From Planctomycetota bacterium (GTDB lineage: Bacteria; Planctomycetota; UBA11346), in NCBI GenBank assembly GCA_022841245.1, contig JALHRW010000006.1:823-64822 (forward strand): a DNA stretch of 64,000 bases. The letters are read 5' to 3'. The translations under genes were made by a program, and so were the position numbers. Of the stretch, positions 51,939-61,236 are shown piece by piece. Every line of letters starts with the position of its first letter. The first letter of the stretch is position 1. Under the pieces are notes generated by a model that saw nothing but the letters and a program-made list of their open reading frames with translations, was not told the DNA's origin and searched no databases.

Positions 51939-53453
51939 TCAGGGCGCGGCGGACGGCCGGCTTCGAACGATCTCGTCGTTTGCCAGCACGCGGTCGTAGA
52001 TCGCCACCAGGTGCAGGACGCCACACAGAGGCTGGAGCTTGGAGTCCTTCGACAGGGAGGATTCCAGGCCACCAAGATGCAGGTGCAGGTCTCCAGGGTG
52101 GGAGAAATGGGCTGCCTCGAGCTTCCCGGTCGAGGTCTGGCCGCCATCGATGTAGTTGCCCCACAGACCGCTGCGCAGGTCGATGGTCAGCACCAGGTCA
52201 TGCGGGACCATGGACGGCGTCCTGAGGTCCAGTCCAAGGGCGGCCCTGCTGCCGACAAGGCTGACGATCGCCATGTCGCCGGGGGCATCGCGCTTGGCGC
52301 AGGCCAGCAGCGTGGCGCGACGGGATGCATCGATCGCCGTCTGCAGCCGTTTGACCGGCGCCAGCGAACGGATCGCCACCGGGCGCCGGATGTCCAGGCC
52401 GCCACCTGGCAGCCAGACGATGGCACCGGGATCCGCTATGCGCAGGTCGGCCGGTTCGCCTGCGCCAGAGACATCGAATATCGTATCACCTGCCCCCTCG
52501 CCGAAAGCGTAGAGGGCAATTAACCCCTCGCGCGGCACGTTGGGGAGCGGACGGCTGGCGAAGCAGACCCGACCGGCGACCACGGCCTGGGCGCCAGCGG
52601 CCACGTCCAGGCGCTGGCCGCCAGTGGCCGAGGTCAGCCGGACCAGGCCTTCATCGACGCGCAGCCGCGTCGACTCGGACCATACGCCGAGGGTGAAGCG
52701 CGTCCCCACCACCACGGCCTCGGCCTGCGGGGTGCGGATACGCAGCGGGCTGGCGGCCGGCTGCGTTGCCACCTCGCACCGGATCGAGCCGCGATCCAGG
52801 CGCAGGCTCTTGCCGCCGTCGGCGGCGACGTCCAGTCCCAGGACCCCGGCGTCGAGGCGTACGCGCGTCTCCTCGCCCAACCAGAGCAGGGCGACGTGGG
52901 CTGAAGCACCGGTCTCGAGAACGCCGCCGGCCGCCAGGCGCATGCCGGGCGCGGCCTTGGCGATGACGCCATCCGGGCTGCGCCAGATCGCCTCCCCGTG
53001 CATCTCGGCGATCTCGGCGACATAGGGGCTGTCGTCGCGTGGACCGGGGCCGGTCAGGAGGACCAGGGCGTAGCCCGCCACCGCCACCAGGATCGCGGCT
53101 GCAGCCGCAAGCGCCGGGCCGCGCAACCACCATGCGGCCATGCCACGGCGGCGGGATGGGATCCGGCTCATGACCCGGGCGGTGAAGCGCCGCTCGGCGG
53201 GTCGCACCGAGCCGATGGCCCGTCCGACCAGGCTGGCCAGTTCCGCGCAGGCGGCATCGGGATGCACGGTGCTGCACAGCCTGCCGTGCATGCGCATTGC
53301 ACCGACCAGTTCCCGTCGGAACTCGGCGTCGTTGGCCACCAGGTCCTGGACGAGGCGCAGGCCGGCCTCGTCCAGGGTCGAGTCGAGGAATCCTTCCACC
53401 AGCGCATGGCGGTCAGGCGTCACGCAACGCCCCCTTCCCGATGCATTCCTCAA
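51939..53453 (-). CDS. Anti-sigma factor: N-terminal anti-sigma domain, TM helix, FecR domain, C-terminal LamG (Laminin_G_3-like) domain
   Basis: 504 aa as in the track. A GTG at 53423 (VTPDRHALVEGFLD...) is an alternative start with a shorter overlap of the sigma gene. The TM helix is WWLRGPALAAAAAILVAVAGYALVLL. The FecR pattern is GMRLAAGGVLETG...RIRTPQAEAVVVGTRFTL. The LamG-like tail is LIALYAFGEG...VLHLVAIYDRVL. Confidence 0.85.
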   Translation of the reverse strand: MRNASGRGRCVTPDRHALVEGFLDSTLDEAGLRLVQDLVANDAEFRRELVGAMRMHGRLCSTVHPDAACAELASLVGRAIGSVRPAERRFTARVMSRIPSRRRGMAAWWLRGPALAAAAAILVAVAGYALVLLTGPGPRDDSPYVAEIAEMHGEAIWRSPDGVIAKAAPGMRLAAGGVLETGASAHVALLWLGEETRVRLDAGVLGLDVAADGGKSLRLDRGSIRCEVATQPAASPLRIRTPQAEAVVVGTRFTLGVWSESTRLRVDEGLVRLTSATGGQRLDVAAGAQAVVAGRVCFASRPLPNVPREGLIALYAFGEGAGDTIFDVSGAGEPADLRIADPGAIVWLPGGGLDIRRPVAIRSLAPVKRLQTAIDASRRATLLACAKRDAPGDMAIVSLVGSRAALGLDLRTPSMVPHDLVLTIDLRSGLWGNYIDGGQTSTGKLEAAHFSHPGDLHLHLGGLESSLSKDSKLQPLCGVLHLVAIYDRVLANDEIVRSRPSAAP

Positions 53454-53964
53454 GCATCTTCCGGCCGCGGAAAAGCAGGGAACTGATCGCCGTCGCCGAG
53501 GTCGCCAGGGCCTTGGCGATGCCGGTGACTGGCTGGGCCTCGAAGTAGCGCGCGTTGATCACCGTGCGGATCCGCCCCTCGAGCTTGTCCAGGCATTGCC
53601 GGAGGGTGGCGACCGCCTCGGCATCGTCGCCTTCCAGACCCTCGGCCACGTCGGCCGAGGTCTGGGTGAGGATGGCGCAGCGCAGCCGCTCCTTGCCGCG
53701 GACCGACTGGTAGGCCGAGCGCAGGTGCATGAGGAACTTGTTGCGCGCGATGCCGATCAGCCAGCGCGCCAAATCGCCCTCAAGGTCGAAGCGGTCGAGG
53801 CCCTCGTAGGCGGCGATGAAGGTCTCCTGCGCGAGGTCTTCGACATCCTGGGGATTGGACAGATGAGCGGCCAGGAAGGCGCGCACCCGTGGACCATAGG
53901 CCATGACGATCCCGCGGAACGCCTCACGGTCGCCGCCCAGCACCCGTTCGACCTCCTCACGCAT
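53413..53964 (-). CDS. ECF (sigma-70 family group 4) RNA polymerase sigma factor
   Basis: This is ORF 53413..54351 trimmed to the ATG at 53964 (MREEVERVLGGDREAFRGIVMAYGPRVRAFL...). Region 2 is DVEDLAQETFIAAY...WLIGIARNKF. Region 4 is INARYFEAQPVTGIAKALATSATAISSLLFRGRKML. Confidence 0.88.
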   Translation of the reverse strand: MREEVERVLGGDREAFRGIVMAYGPRVRAFLAAHLSNPQDVEDLAQETFIAAYEGLDRFDLEGDLARWLIGIARNKFLMHLRSAYQSVRGKERLRCAILTQTSADVAEGLEGDDAEAVATLRQCLDKLEGRIRTVINARYFEAQPVTGIAKALATSATAISSLLFRGRKMLEECIGKGALRDA

Positions 53965-53986
53965 GGCGCCACCCTCTGAACCAGTA

Positions 53987-54011
53987 TTTGCATGCCAAGT
54001 GCAGATCTCGC
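53987..54011 (-). promoter_or_regulatory. Bipartite motif copy C (minus strand GCGAGAT-N12-TGCAAA), 22 nt upstream of the ECF sigma start codon
   Basis: The plus strand reads TTTGCA(53987-92)-tgccaagtgcag-ATCTCGC(54005-11). It has the same 12-nt spacing as copies A and B, with a different spacer sequence. Confidence 0.5.
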
Positions 54012-54077
54012 ATGGCAATCCTGCCTGGTGGGGCGACGGCACTGGTTGGACCCCAGCGTTGGGCTGGGATTCGGGCC

Positions 54078-56984
54078 TCAGGGAGCCGGCAAGGCGATCC
54101 GCCAACGCGCGATGGCTTCGCCCTCGACGCTGGGCATCAAGGTCTCGAGCAGGCGCTGGGTTGGCGGCAGGGCCAGGTAGGCCTGCCACGAGGCCACGGC
54201 AGCAGTTCTGTCTCCGGCCAGTTCGGCGCGGAGGGCCCGGGCGATCAGCAGCCAGGCCCCGGCCTCGGTGCGCCAGGGCATGGCGATGACCGCCTCGTCC
54301 TTGGCCGGATCGAGGGCGGCGGCGCACACCAGGGCGCAGCGCCCGCCCCACCCGCTCGTCTGGGTCGCACCGTGCTCGATGGCTTTGCGCAGGGCCCCGG
54401 CCTCGCCGAGAGCCTCATCGATCATCGGCAGACCGACCATGAGCAGGAACCAGGGGACGTAGCAGTTACGGTTGCGGTACGGCTTGATGCGCTGGCGCAG
54501 GGCTAGCGCATCCTGGCTGCGGCCGCTGAGCAGCGCCTCCAGCAGGCGGTGGAGACTGGTGTCCACCTTGAGCCGCTCCGCCTCGTCGAGACGGCCGAGC
54601 AGCAGGTTGGCGGTTCCGCTGCGACCCGAGCGCGGTGAACCTGGCACGCCGCCACCGGCGGCTTCGGCGAGGCGGCCGGTGGCGATCAGTGCGACATTGG
54701 CCTGCCCATCGAGTGCGCCCGTGGCCAACAGGCGGTCGACCCCGCCGAGATAAATCTGGGCCGCTAGCGGATTCAGCCGGACCGCCTCGGCCGCCCGCCC
54801 GACCTGGCACAGGAGCAGGCCGCGGGGGGCTCGGCTCATCTCTGGCGCATCGGCCAGCCCAGCGAGATCACCAAGGTTCATGCGGGCAGCTAGCATCTCC
54901 TTCGTGGTTGCATGCGGGTCAGCCAACACCTCGGCGTTGCGCCCGAGGCAGAGCTGGGCTTTGATCATCTCGCGGCGCTGTTCAGGGAAGCGTCGGGCGG
55001 TCTCCTCCCAGCGCGACATCTGGTTGAGCATGGTGGCGACAAGCCAGGCGGAGGCGCGGTCCTCGGCGAAGGTCGCATCGCGCAGGGCGATCCACTCATC
55101 GATCGCGGTCATGCGCAGCGGCTGTTCCTTCTTGAGCTTCTGGGCGCACACCTGCCAGCGTTCGCGCAGGACGTCATGCAGGCCGGGATGTGCGGCCCAG
55201 AGCCGCTTGAACAGCGCGATAGCGTTGGCCATGCCGCTGTCTTGAACCACGTGTTCGATGCTCAGGCATTCAGACAGCCAGTGCAATTCGCCGTCGGGGA
55301 GTCCCGACCAGAGGTTGCGGGCCTGGCTGAACTGGCCTTGGCAGTGCTGGGCGAGACCCTGGTAATAGAGGGCCTGCAGACCGAGCGGCTGCCCGCGATG
55401 CGCCGTCGCGATCCGGCCATAGGCGGCGACGGCATCGGCATGGCGACCGCTGCGCAGGGCCTCGTCGCCGATCACCAGCGGCGAGACCTGGGCCGGCAGC
55501 GGCTGCTGCCAGATGCGCACATTGTCGAAGGACTTGCCCGAGTCCCAGGTGTAGAGGCCCAGATGGCCATCGCCCAACGGCACCAGCGGATGGTGCTCGA
55601 GTATCTTCACCCCGTCCACCCACATGGTGAGCCGCTGCACGTCGATCTCCACGCGGAAACGGTGTTCACGATCCGGAACCAGGCAGAAGTCGCTGAAGCC
55701 CAGGCGGAGCGTCTCCGGGGTCTGGGCGATGCAGCTCAGCGAGTTGGTGTAGGCACCGGCCTGGACGAACCAGGAACGGGTATCGTCGATGTTCTCGCCC
55801 TGGCGTACGCTGAAAGGATCGCTTTCGCACCACCACACCGACAGTTCGCCGGGACGGTCGGCGGCGGAGTTGATGCGCCCGGTGTATTCGATGGCCACCG
55901 GCGGCGACAGCCGCTGCCGCAGGATCAGGGCATTATCGTAATCGGCATCGGACAGCAGCTTGCCCTCGGCGTGCCGCCAACTCCCGTGCGTGCTCCAACG
56001 TGACTTCCAGGTGGCCTGCGGCCCGGCATCCTCGAAGTCGTCGTCGACCAGCGGATCGCCCCAGACGGCGTAGCTGCTGAGGGAACGCCAGTTCAACGCC
56101 AGCGCCGCACCAACGGCCAGCAGCGCCACCAGCAGGAGGGCGGCGACCCGCTGCCATCCGGCCCAGGCGCCGGTGACGGTGTCTGGGGTCCTGGGAGCCC
56201 GGCCGGCGAGGTAGCCGAGGAGTTCGGCGCGCACCTCGGCCATCGAGGCGAAGCCGCCGATCGCACTCGATCCGATCGCTTTGCGCACGGTCGCCAGGAG
56301 CATGCCGGGTATGCGCACGGCCAACTCAGGCGGAAGTTCACCCAGCCGATCTTCGTGGAGCGGTGGCGGCGATCCGGTCAGCGCGAGGAACAGGCAGCAA
56401 CCGACGCTGCGGATGTCGCGCTGCAGATCATCCGCCGCCAGGTCTGCCGGCACCGGAGTGCGGGCGCAGAAGCGCATGGTCAGCGGCCGCTGCACCGTGG
56501 TCATGGCCTTGGACCAGCCCTCGATCACGACCTGGTCGTCATCGGTGAGGAGGATCAGGTCCGGGCGGAGGTCGCCATGCACCACCCCGCGCAGATGCGC
56601 GGCGCGCAGGGCGTTGCAGATGGACAGGAAGGTCAGGGTGCAGGCGACGGGATCGGCGATCGCCGCAATCGACTGTCCGGCATCGCGGGCGGCCACCGCC
56701 CCCGACAGGGTGAGGCCGCTGAGCGCCGGCATCACCAGCGCCGCGCCAGCATCGTTGCGGACGAAATCGTGGACGCAGGGCAGGCCGGGATAGGGCATGC
56801 GGGCGAGGAAGCGTGCCTCCGCCAGGAGGTCCTCGGCGGACTCCGTTGGCGCACTGCGCAACGTCACCGGACGGTCGAGCAGCCGGTCCCGTGTGCCGTC
56901 AGCCTCGTCCGCATAGCGACCATAGCGCAGTGAACCGGTTTCCGGTAGTGGTGGTTCGCTAGGAGGGTAGCCGTCGGTCGCCAT
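54078..56984 (-). CDS. Membrane-spanning Ser/Thr-kinase-like protein with degenerate catalytic motifs (predicted pseudokinase), an extracytoplasmic DUF1080/ConA-like domain and TPR-like helical repeats
   Basis: 968 aa. The kinase-fold landmarks are present but altered: VTLRS for VAIK, VHGDLRPDLILL for HRDxKxxN, and IEGW for DFG. The TM helix is WQRVAALLLVALLAVGAALALNW. Then comes ...HLGLYTWDSGKSFDNVRIWQ (a DUF1080-like ending) and about 450 aa of helical repeats. Confidence 0.8.
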   Translation of the reverse strand: MATDGYPPSEPPLPETGSLRYGRYADEADGTRDRLLDRPVTLRSAPTESAEDLLAEARFLARMPYPGLPCVHDFVRNDAGAALVMPALSGLTLSGAVAARDAGQSIAAIADPVACTLTFLSICNALRAAHLRGVVHGDLRPDLILLTDDDQVVIEGWSKAMTTVQRPLTMRFCARTPVPADLAADDLQRDIRSVGCCLFLALTGSPPPLHEDRLGELPPELAVRIPGMLLATVRKAIGSSAIGGFASMAEVRAELLGYLAGRAPRTPDTVTGAWAGWQRVAALLLVALLAVGAALALNWRSLSSYAVWGDPLVDDDFEDAGPQATWKSRWSTHGSWRHAEGKLLSDADYDNALILRQRLSPPVAIEYTGRINSAADRPGELSVWWCESDPFSVRQGENIDDTRSWFVQAGAYTNSLSCIAQTPETLRLGFSDFCLVPDREHRFRVEIDVQRLTMWVDGVKILEHHPLVPLGDGHLGLYTWDSGKSFDNVRIWQQPLPAQVSPLVIGDEALRSGRHADAVAAYGRIATAHRGQPLGLQALYYQGLAQHCQGQFSQARNLWSGLPDGELHWLSECLSIEHVVQDSGMANAIALFKRLWAAHPGLHDVLRERWQVCAQKLKKEQPLRMTAIDEWIALRDATFAEDRASAWLVATMLNQMSRWEETARRFPEQRREMIKAQLCLGRNAEVLADPHATTKEMLAARMNLGDLAGLADAPEMSRAPRGLLLCQVGRAAEAVRLNPLAAQIYLGGVDRLLATGALDGQANVALIATGRLAEAAGGGVPGSPRSGRSGTANLLLGRLDEAERLKVDTSLHRLLEALLSGRSQDALALRQRIKPYRNRNCYVPWFLLMVGLPMIDEALGEAGALRKAIEHGATQTSGWGGRCALVCAAALDPAKDEAVIAMPWRTEAGAWLLIARALRAELAGDRTAAVASWQAYLALPPTQRLLETLMPSVEGEAIARWRIALPAP

Positions 56985-57399
56985 GATGTCCTGCGGGTCG
57001 AGCCAACCATCTTGGTCGTTCAGCGGGCGCGTTCACCTTGCGTCTCGATGTAGGCATTGTCAATCCAGGCTCGATGTCCCGGATCGACGCATGGTGATCA
57101 GCCGAGAGCAGCGAGCGCAATCCGTGTGAGACACGGAATGGAGCGGATTTTTCCGTACTTCCAGAATCTGAGTAGCGTTGACGGTAGCACATAATGATAT
57201 GCGGTATTGGAAGATCCGGCGATCGTAAAACACGAGTCGTTGTCTGACCGCAGCCGTCACCAAGTCTCGCGGACACCCTCCCGGATTAAAATATCACTGG
57301 TTTATCTGGCCTTTTTGCATCCAGTACGACACTTCACCAACTCGACCGTCACAGGTTGCCGGGTTACGACACTATCCGGATGGAGGCACGGAGGAACAG

Positions 57400-58383
57400 A
57401 TGAGACAGGTCCATTGCGGCTTCACCCTGATCGAACTACTCGTGGTGATCAGCATCCTCCTCATACTGCTGGGTCTGATCATGCCTCTGATCGGCATGGC
57501 TGATCGCGAGGCGAGGAAGTCTGCCACCCGTACGGTGATGGCCAAGGTCGATACGGCTCTGCGGTTGTTCCGGTCGGAACTCGGGCCCTATCCCTATCAA
57601 CAGACCTATGCCGACATCGGCTCCGGCGCGGCCTGGACCAACCGCCTGTTCTACCATCTCGGCACCGACATCAGCGATGCGGACAGGCAGCAGGTCATGG
57701 CCGATGCCAATGCGGCGGCCGCCCTCTACGCCTATCAGGGGGCCAGCCCCCATGCCTACCGCAATGCCCAGATGCCCTTCTACGGCGGTTCTGGTTCCCT
57801 GGTCGCCAACCGCATGGCCCGCGAGCGGGTCCGTCTGGCCATCATCTCCGGCCACATCAAGGTCACCGGTGGCGTCCTCGTTGACTTGACCCTGCCCGCC
57901 TTGCCCACTGGAGCGCTGCTGGTCTCGCCGCTCAGCGCCGCTCGGTCAGGATGGGCCAAGGACTACCTGCGGGGCGAATTGTCAGCCCGGCATGTCGATG
58001 GCGAGGCCATTCTCGACGCCTGGAGGCGCCCCATCATCTACGTCTGCCAGGTCGTCGAAGGCATGCGCACCGCGGCCATCTCCTATAGCGACACGGTCTG
58101 CCTAGGCCTCAAAGCCAACCAGATTGGTCTGCATCCGCAAGGTCGGCGTACGCTCGCTCCCATCGATGCGTATGATGCCAAACCATTGGTGTCCAATCCC
58201 CCCGCCCTGCCTGACCTCAACGATCTGCGGCGCTCCGACCGCCGACTCTACGCACCTCGCACCCTCGAACTCGAGTTCGAACTGTGGAGCGCCGGGCCCA
58301 ACGGCCGAGCCGACTGGATGCGCGATGCCGCGGACAACCGCGACAACATCGCCCCGTTGAATTACGACAAGGGCATTCCATGA
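57400..58383 (+). CDS. Type II secretion/type IV pilus-like major pseudopilin (GspG-like) with a large insertion
   Basis: 327 aa. A GGAGG SD is present. The prepilin-type N-terminus is GFTLIELLVVISILLILLGLI. The GspG-like tail is LDAWRRPIIYVCQ...FELWSAGPNGRAD. Confidence 0.8.
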   Translation: MRQVHCGFTLIELLVVISILLILLGLIMPLIGMADREARKSATRTVMAKVDTALRLFRSELGPYPYQQTYADIGSGAAWTNRLFYHLGTDISDADRQQVMADANAAAALYAYQGASPHAYRNAQMPFYGGSGSLVANRMARERVRLAIISGHIKVTGGVLVDLTLPALPTGALLVSPLSAARSGWAKDYLRGELSARHVDGEAILDAWRRPIIYVCQVVEGMRTAAISYSDTVCLGLKANQIGLHPQGRRTLAPIDAYDAKPLVSNPPALPDLNDLRRSDRRLYAPRTLELEFELWSAGPNGRADWMRDAADNRDNIAPLNYDKGIP

Positions 58384-59909
58384 ACCGTCGGCAGGCGTTC
58401 ACCCTGATCGAGATCCTGGTCGTGCTGATGATCGTCATGATCATGATCGGATTCGTCATTCCCTATTCGTCCACCGACCGCCGCGAGGCGGAGGTGCGCG
58501 GCGCCGCCGAGGAACTGGCGGCGGTGCTGCGGGAGACCCGCGAACGCGCCCTGCTGCGCAACTATACGCACGCGGTGGCCTTCAACATCACCAATGCACC
58601 GGGCAGCTCGGGGCGGATCCTCAACAACCGCAAGGGGGGTCACTGGTATCGCGTCATCGGCACGGCCGACCAGACGGGCGGCTGGAACATCGATGAACGC
58701 CTGTGGAACCGCTTCCCCTACTACGACTGGAGGGCTTCCCCGGCGAACGGCTACGAACCTGCGCTGGGCCACCACACCATCCCGATCAAGGACTATGTCG
58801 AACTCGTGTCCCGTTCCTGGGTCGATGAACCGCACATCCTGCCTCCAGGCAAGGTGCGGTTCCTCGCCCTGCTCGACCAGGACAATGGCGACAACCTGGC
58901 CCCGGATCGCGGCGGCTATTACACGGCGACCTACCCGCGGCCCTGGTTCGGCTGGTGGGATCCCAACGACGGCAAGTTGCACACTTGGGGCGGCTACGAC
59001 CCGGCATTGAAGGGCGAGAGCCAGGGCTTCCTCGGCTGGGAGTTGGGCAGCATGTCGCGGACCATGGTGGGAGGCCGTCTGGCCAGTCCCTCGGGCTTCT
59101 ATTACGAGGGTTGGGACGGCGAGATCCCCGGTTGCCGCAACCCCAGCGACCGGGTGGTGCTGCATGACAACGGGGGGATGACCCCGGGGATCGTCGACCA
59201 CGTTGACACCGCCACCTACACCCTGCACCGCGCGGGGGAACCGCGTCCCCTGATCAATGCGGAATGGCTCGACTACATGATCCTGTTCCACCCGGATGGC
59301 ACGGTCTGCGACGATTGGTTCCGCATGCGCCAGGGGTATTGGAAGCTCGACACCGCCCGACCCAACAACCAGGATCCCTTCGTGCCGACCTACCCCGCGC
59401 TCACCAGCAGGCATGCCGGCGTCATGGATCGCTGCAACGGCACGGCCTGGCGACGCAACTGGAGCGATCGTGACGCGTCATACCCCGGGCTATCTGCGGC
59501 CCAGCGCGAAGCCACCTCCTTCGTGAACCGCACCGGCTTCTACTGGATCACCCTCGCCCCCGACGCCCCGGACGACACGGCGACCTTCATGACGGCCCAG
59601 GCTGCCCTGCGTTCGATCTCGCCGATGTACCGCGTCGGCGTCAGCCCCGAGGGGCATGTCAAGGTCATCCGCGTGAAGAACACCAGCACCCGCGCCCTGG
59701 ACAACACCATCACCGGCAATGATTGGCAGGACAAGAGCAAGATCTGGGGCAAACCCGGCCCGACCTGGTCTGCCAGCACACCCATCGCCACGGAGAACTA
59801 CGTCAACCACGAACTGCGCAAGGCCAATGGTTCCGCGCTGGGGGCGCCGGTCCACGACACGGTGACGCAGGAGATGCTGAGCCGGCGCGCCTGGTGGTGG
59901 GCTCCATGA
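58380..59909 (+). CDS. Oversized pseudopilin, GspH/FimT-like N-terminal region
   Basis: This is ORF 58284..59909 trimmed to the ATG at 58380 (ATGA overlap). It has MNRRQAFTLIEILVVLMIVMIMIG and then EVRGAAEELAAVLRETRERAL (GspH-like). 509 aa. Confidence 0.8.
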   Translation: MNRRQAFTLIEILVVLMIVMIMIGFVIPYSSTDRREAEVRGAAEELAAVLRETRERALLRNYTHAVAFNITNAPGSSGRILNNRKGGHWYRVIGTADQTGGWNIDERLWNRFPYYDWRASPANGYEPALGHHTIPIKDYVELVSRSWVDEPHILPPGKVRFLALLDQDNGDNLAPDRGGYYTATYPRPWFGWWDPNDGKLHTWGGYDPALKGESQGFLGWELGSMSRTMVGGRLASPSGFYYEGWDGEIPGCRNPSDRVVLHDNGGMTPGIVDHVDTATYTLHRAGEPRPLINAEWLDYMILFHPDGTVCDDWFRMRQGYWKLDTARPNNQDPFVPTYPALTSRHAGVMDRCNGTAWRRNWSDRDASYPGLSAAQREATSFVNRTGFYWITLAPDAPDDTATFMTAQAALRSISPMYRVGVSPEGHVKVIRVKNTSTRALDNTITGNDWQDKSKIWGKPGPTWSASTPIATENYVNHELRKANGSALGAPVHDTVTQEMLSRRAWWWAP

Positions 59910-60298
59910 ACCGCCCCGACCGCGCCTTCACCCTCATCGAGGTCATGGCCAGCGTGCTGGTCCTGACCTTCGCCCTGACCGCAGCCTGCGCCATGATCCT
60001 CTACGGCCTGCAATTGGCGCGCTCGACCCATGGGATGTCCCTGGGCATGTCAACAGCGCTGGCCGTATTCGAGGATCCCAGCCCGATGAAGACCGACCCG
60101 ACCTTCACCAGCAGCGGAGGAACCGCCTCGGGATACCTCAACGGCCTCTGGGTGGAACGACGCGAAAGCGATGAGACCCCGTTGGAGGGCCCGCTCGGCA
60201 CCACGGTGGCGGTCACCGTCCACGTCGACGTCCGCGATGGGGCTGACGGCACCATGTACGCCTCCATCACCGGCCGTCTGATCAGGCGCAAGCCATGA
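59906..60298 (+). CDS. Small pseudopilin (GspI-like size)
   Basis: This is ORF 59723..60298 trimmed to the ATG at 59906 (ATGA overlap). It begins MNRPDRAFTLIEVMASVLVLTFAL. 130 aa. Confidence 0.75.
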   Translation: MNRPDRAFTLIEVMASVLVLTFALTAACAMILYGLQLARSTHGMSLGMSTALAVFEDPSPMKTDPTFTSSGGTASGYLNGLWVERRESDETPLEGPLGTTVAVTVHVDVRDGADGTMYASITGRLIRRKP

Positions 60299-61224
60299 AC
60301 CGCCATCATCCCCGTTGCCCCGGCTTCACCCTGATCGAACTGCTGATCGCCGTCGTCCTGACCCTGCTCGTCGCCGGAATCGCGACCATGTCGATTGCGC
60401 AGATGCTGCAGACCACCCGACGCCTGCAGGCCATGCAGACCATGGACGGCGATGCCCGGACCGTGCATGGGAAGCTGGCGGCGGAGTTCGCCACCCTGCA
60501 TCCCTGCGCCACCGTTTTCCTGAATTCGCATGTCACCGATCGCAGCATCGAATTGGTGTTCATGCATGTCCAACGCTCGCCGCTCAGCCACCTCTATGAG
60601 ACGCGCATGGAAACCCAGAGGAGCGTCGGTTCCTTCCCCGGTTACACGGACATCCTCTGGACTCGCTGGCATTGGAGCGGGAACACCGGACTCATCACGG
60701 TAGCGACCAGCAGTTCTGCTCGCTGGACGCGGGTGTTTGCGGATCAGACGCGCGATTACTGGAAGATATCCGGTGGATCGAGGATGAGCCACACCGTTCC
60801 CAACGGCTACAAGGATGCCGGCTGGCCATATTTCAACGGCTTTCTCTCGGTGCCGCGCCTGGTGCGCGAGACCGGGACGGGAAGCCCGCAGCCGCTCCTG
60901 GACACCAACTGCTGGGGCACGGGCGAGGACAGCGACATCGGCGACTACGAGGAACTCAAGCGCAAGGCCCGGCCCATCCTCTCGGATTGCACTGATCTTC
61001 GTCTCGAACTCGTTGATCGCCTGGGCAGGGCGACGGTCGTCGATGGCAGTTCCACCAAGGTCTGGGCATGCCCGGGCACCTTCGTGGATGGTCGCGGCAG
61101 AGGCAGCCTCGATGACCGTCCCAGCCAGGTGCGCATCATGTTCACCATCACCCATCCTACCGTCGCCGGACTCAGCCGCACCTACAGCTTCAGCTGCGCT
61201 GGCCCCGGCATCCCCACCTATTGA
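60295..61224 (+). CDS. Pseudopilin (GspJ/PilW-like)
   Basis: 309 aa, ATGA overlap at 60295-60298. It has PGFTLIELLIAVVLTLLVAGIATMSI. Confidence 0.8.
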   Translation: MNRHHPRCPGFTLIELLIAVVLTLLVAGIATMSIAQMLQTTRRLQAMQTMDGDARTVHGKLAAEFATLHPCATVFLNSHVTDRSIELVFMHVQRSPLSHLYETRMETQRSVGSFPGYTDILWTRWHWSGNTGLITVATSSSARWTRVFADQTRDYWKISGGSRMSHTVPNGYKDAGWPYFNGFLSVPRLVRETGTGSPQPLLDTNCWGTGEDSDIGDYEELKRKARPILSDCTDLRLELVDRLGRATVVDGSSTKVWACPGTFVDGRGRGSLDDRPSQVRIMFTITHPTVAGLSRTYSFSCAGPGIPTY

Positions 61225-61236
61225 CGGAACGCATCC

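Noticed and set aside
57150-57399. Sigma-70 or sigma-54 promoter calls for the pseudopilin operon (for example TTGACG at 57177, CTGGCCTTTTTGCAT at about 57305)
   Set aside because: The spacing to any -10-like hexamer is wrong, and the GG/GC spacing of the sigma-54-like string is 3 nt too short. The ECF-type motif is not present in the orientation needed for the plus-strand operon.
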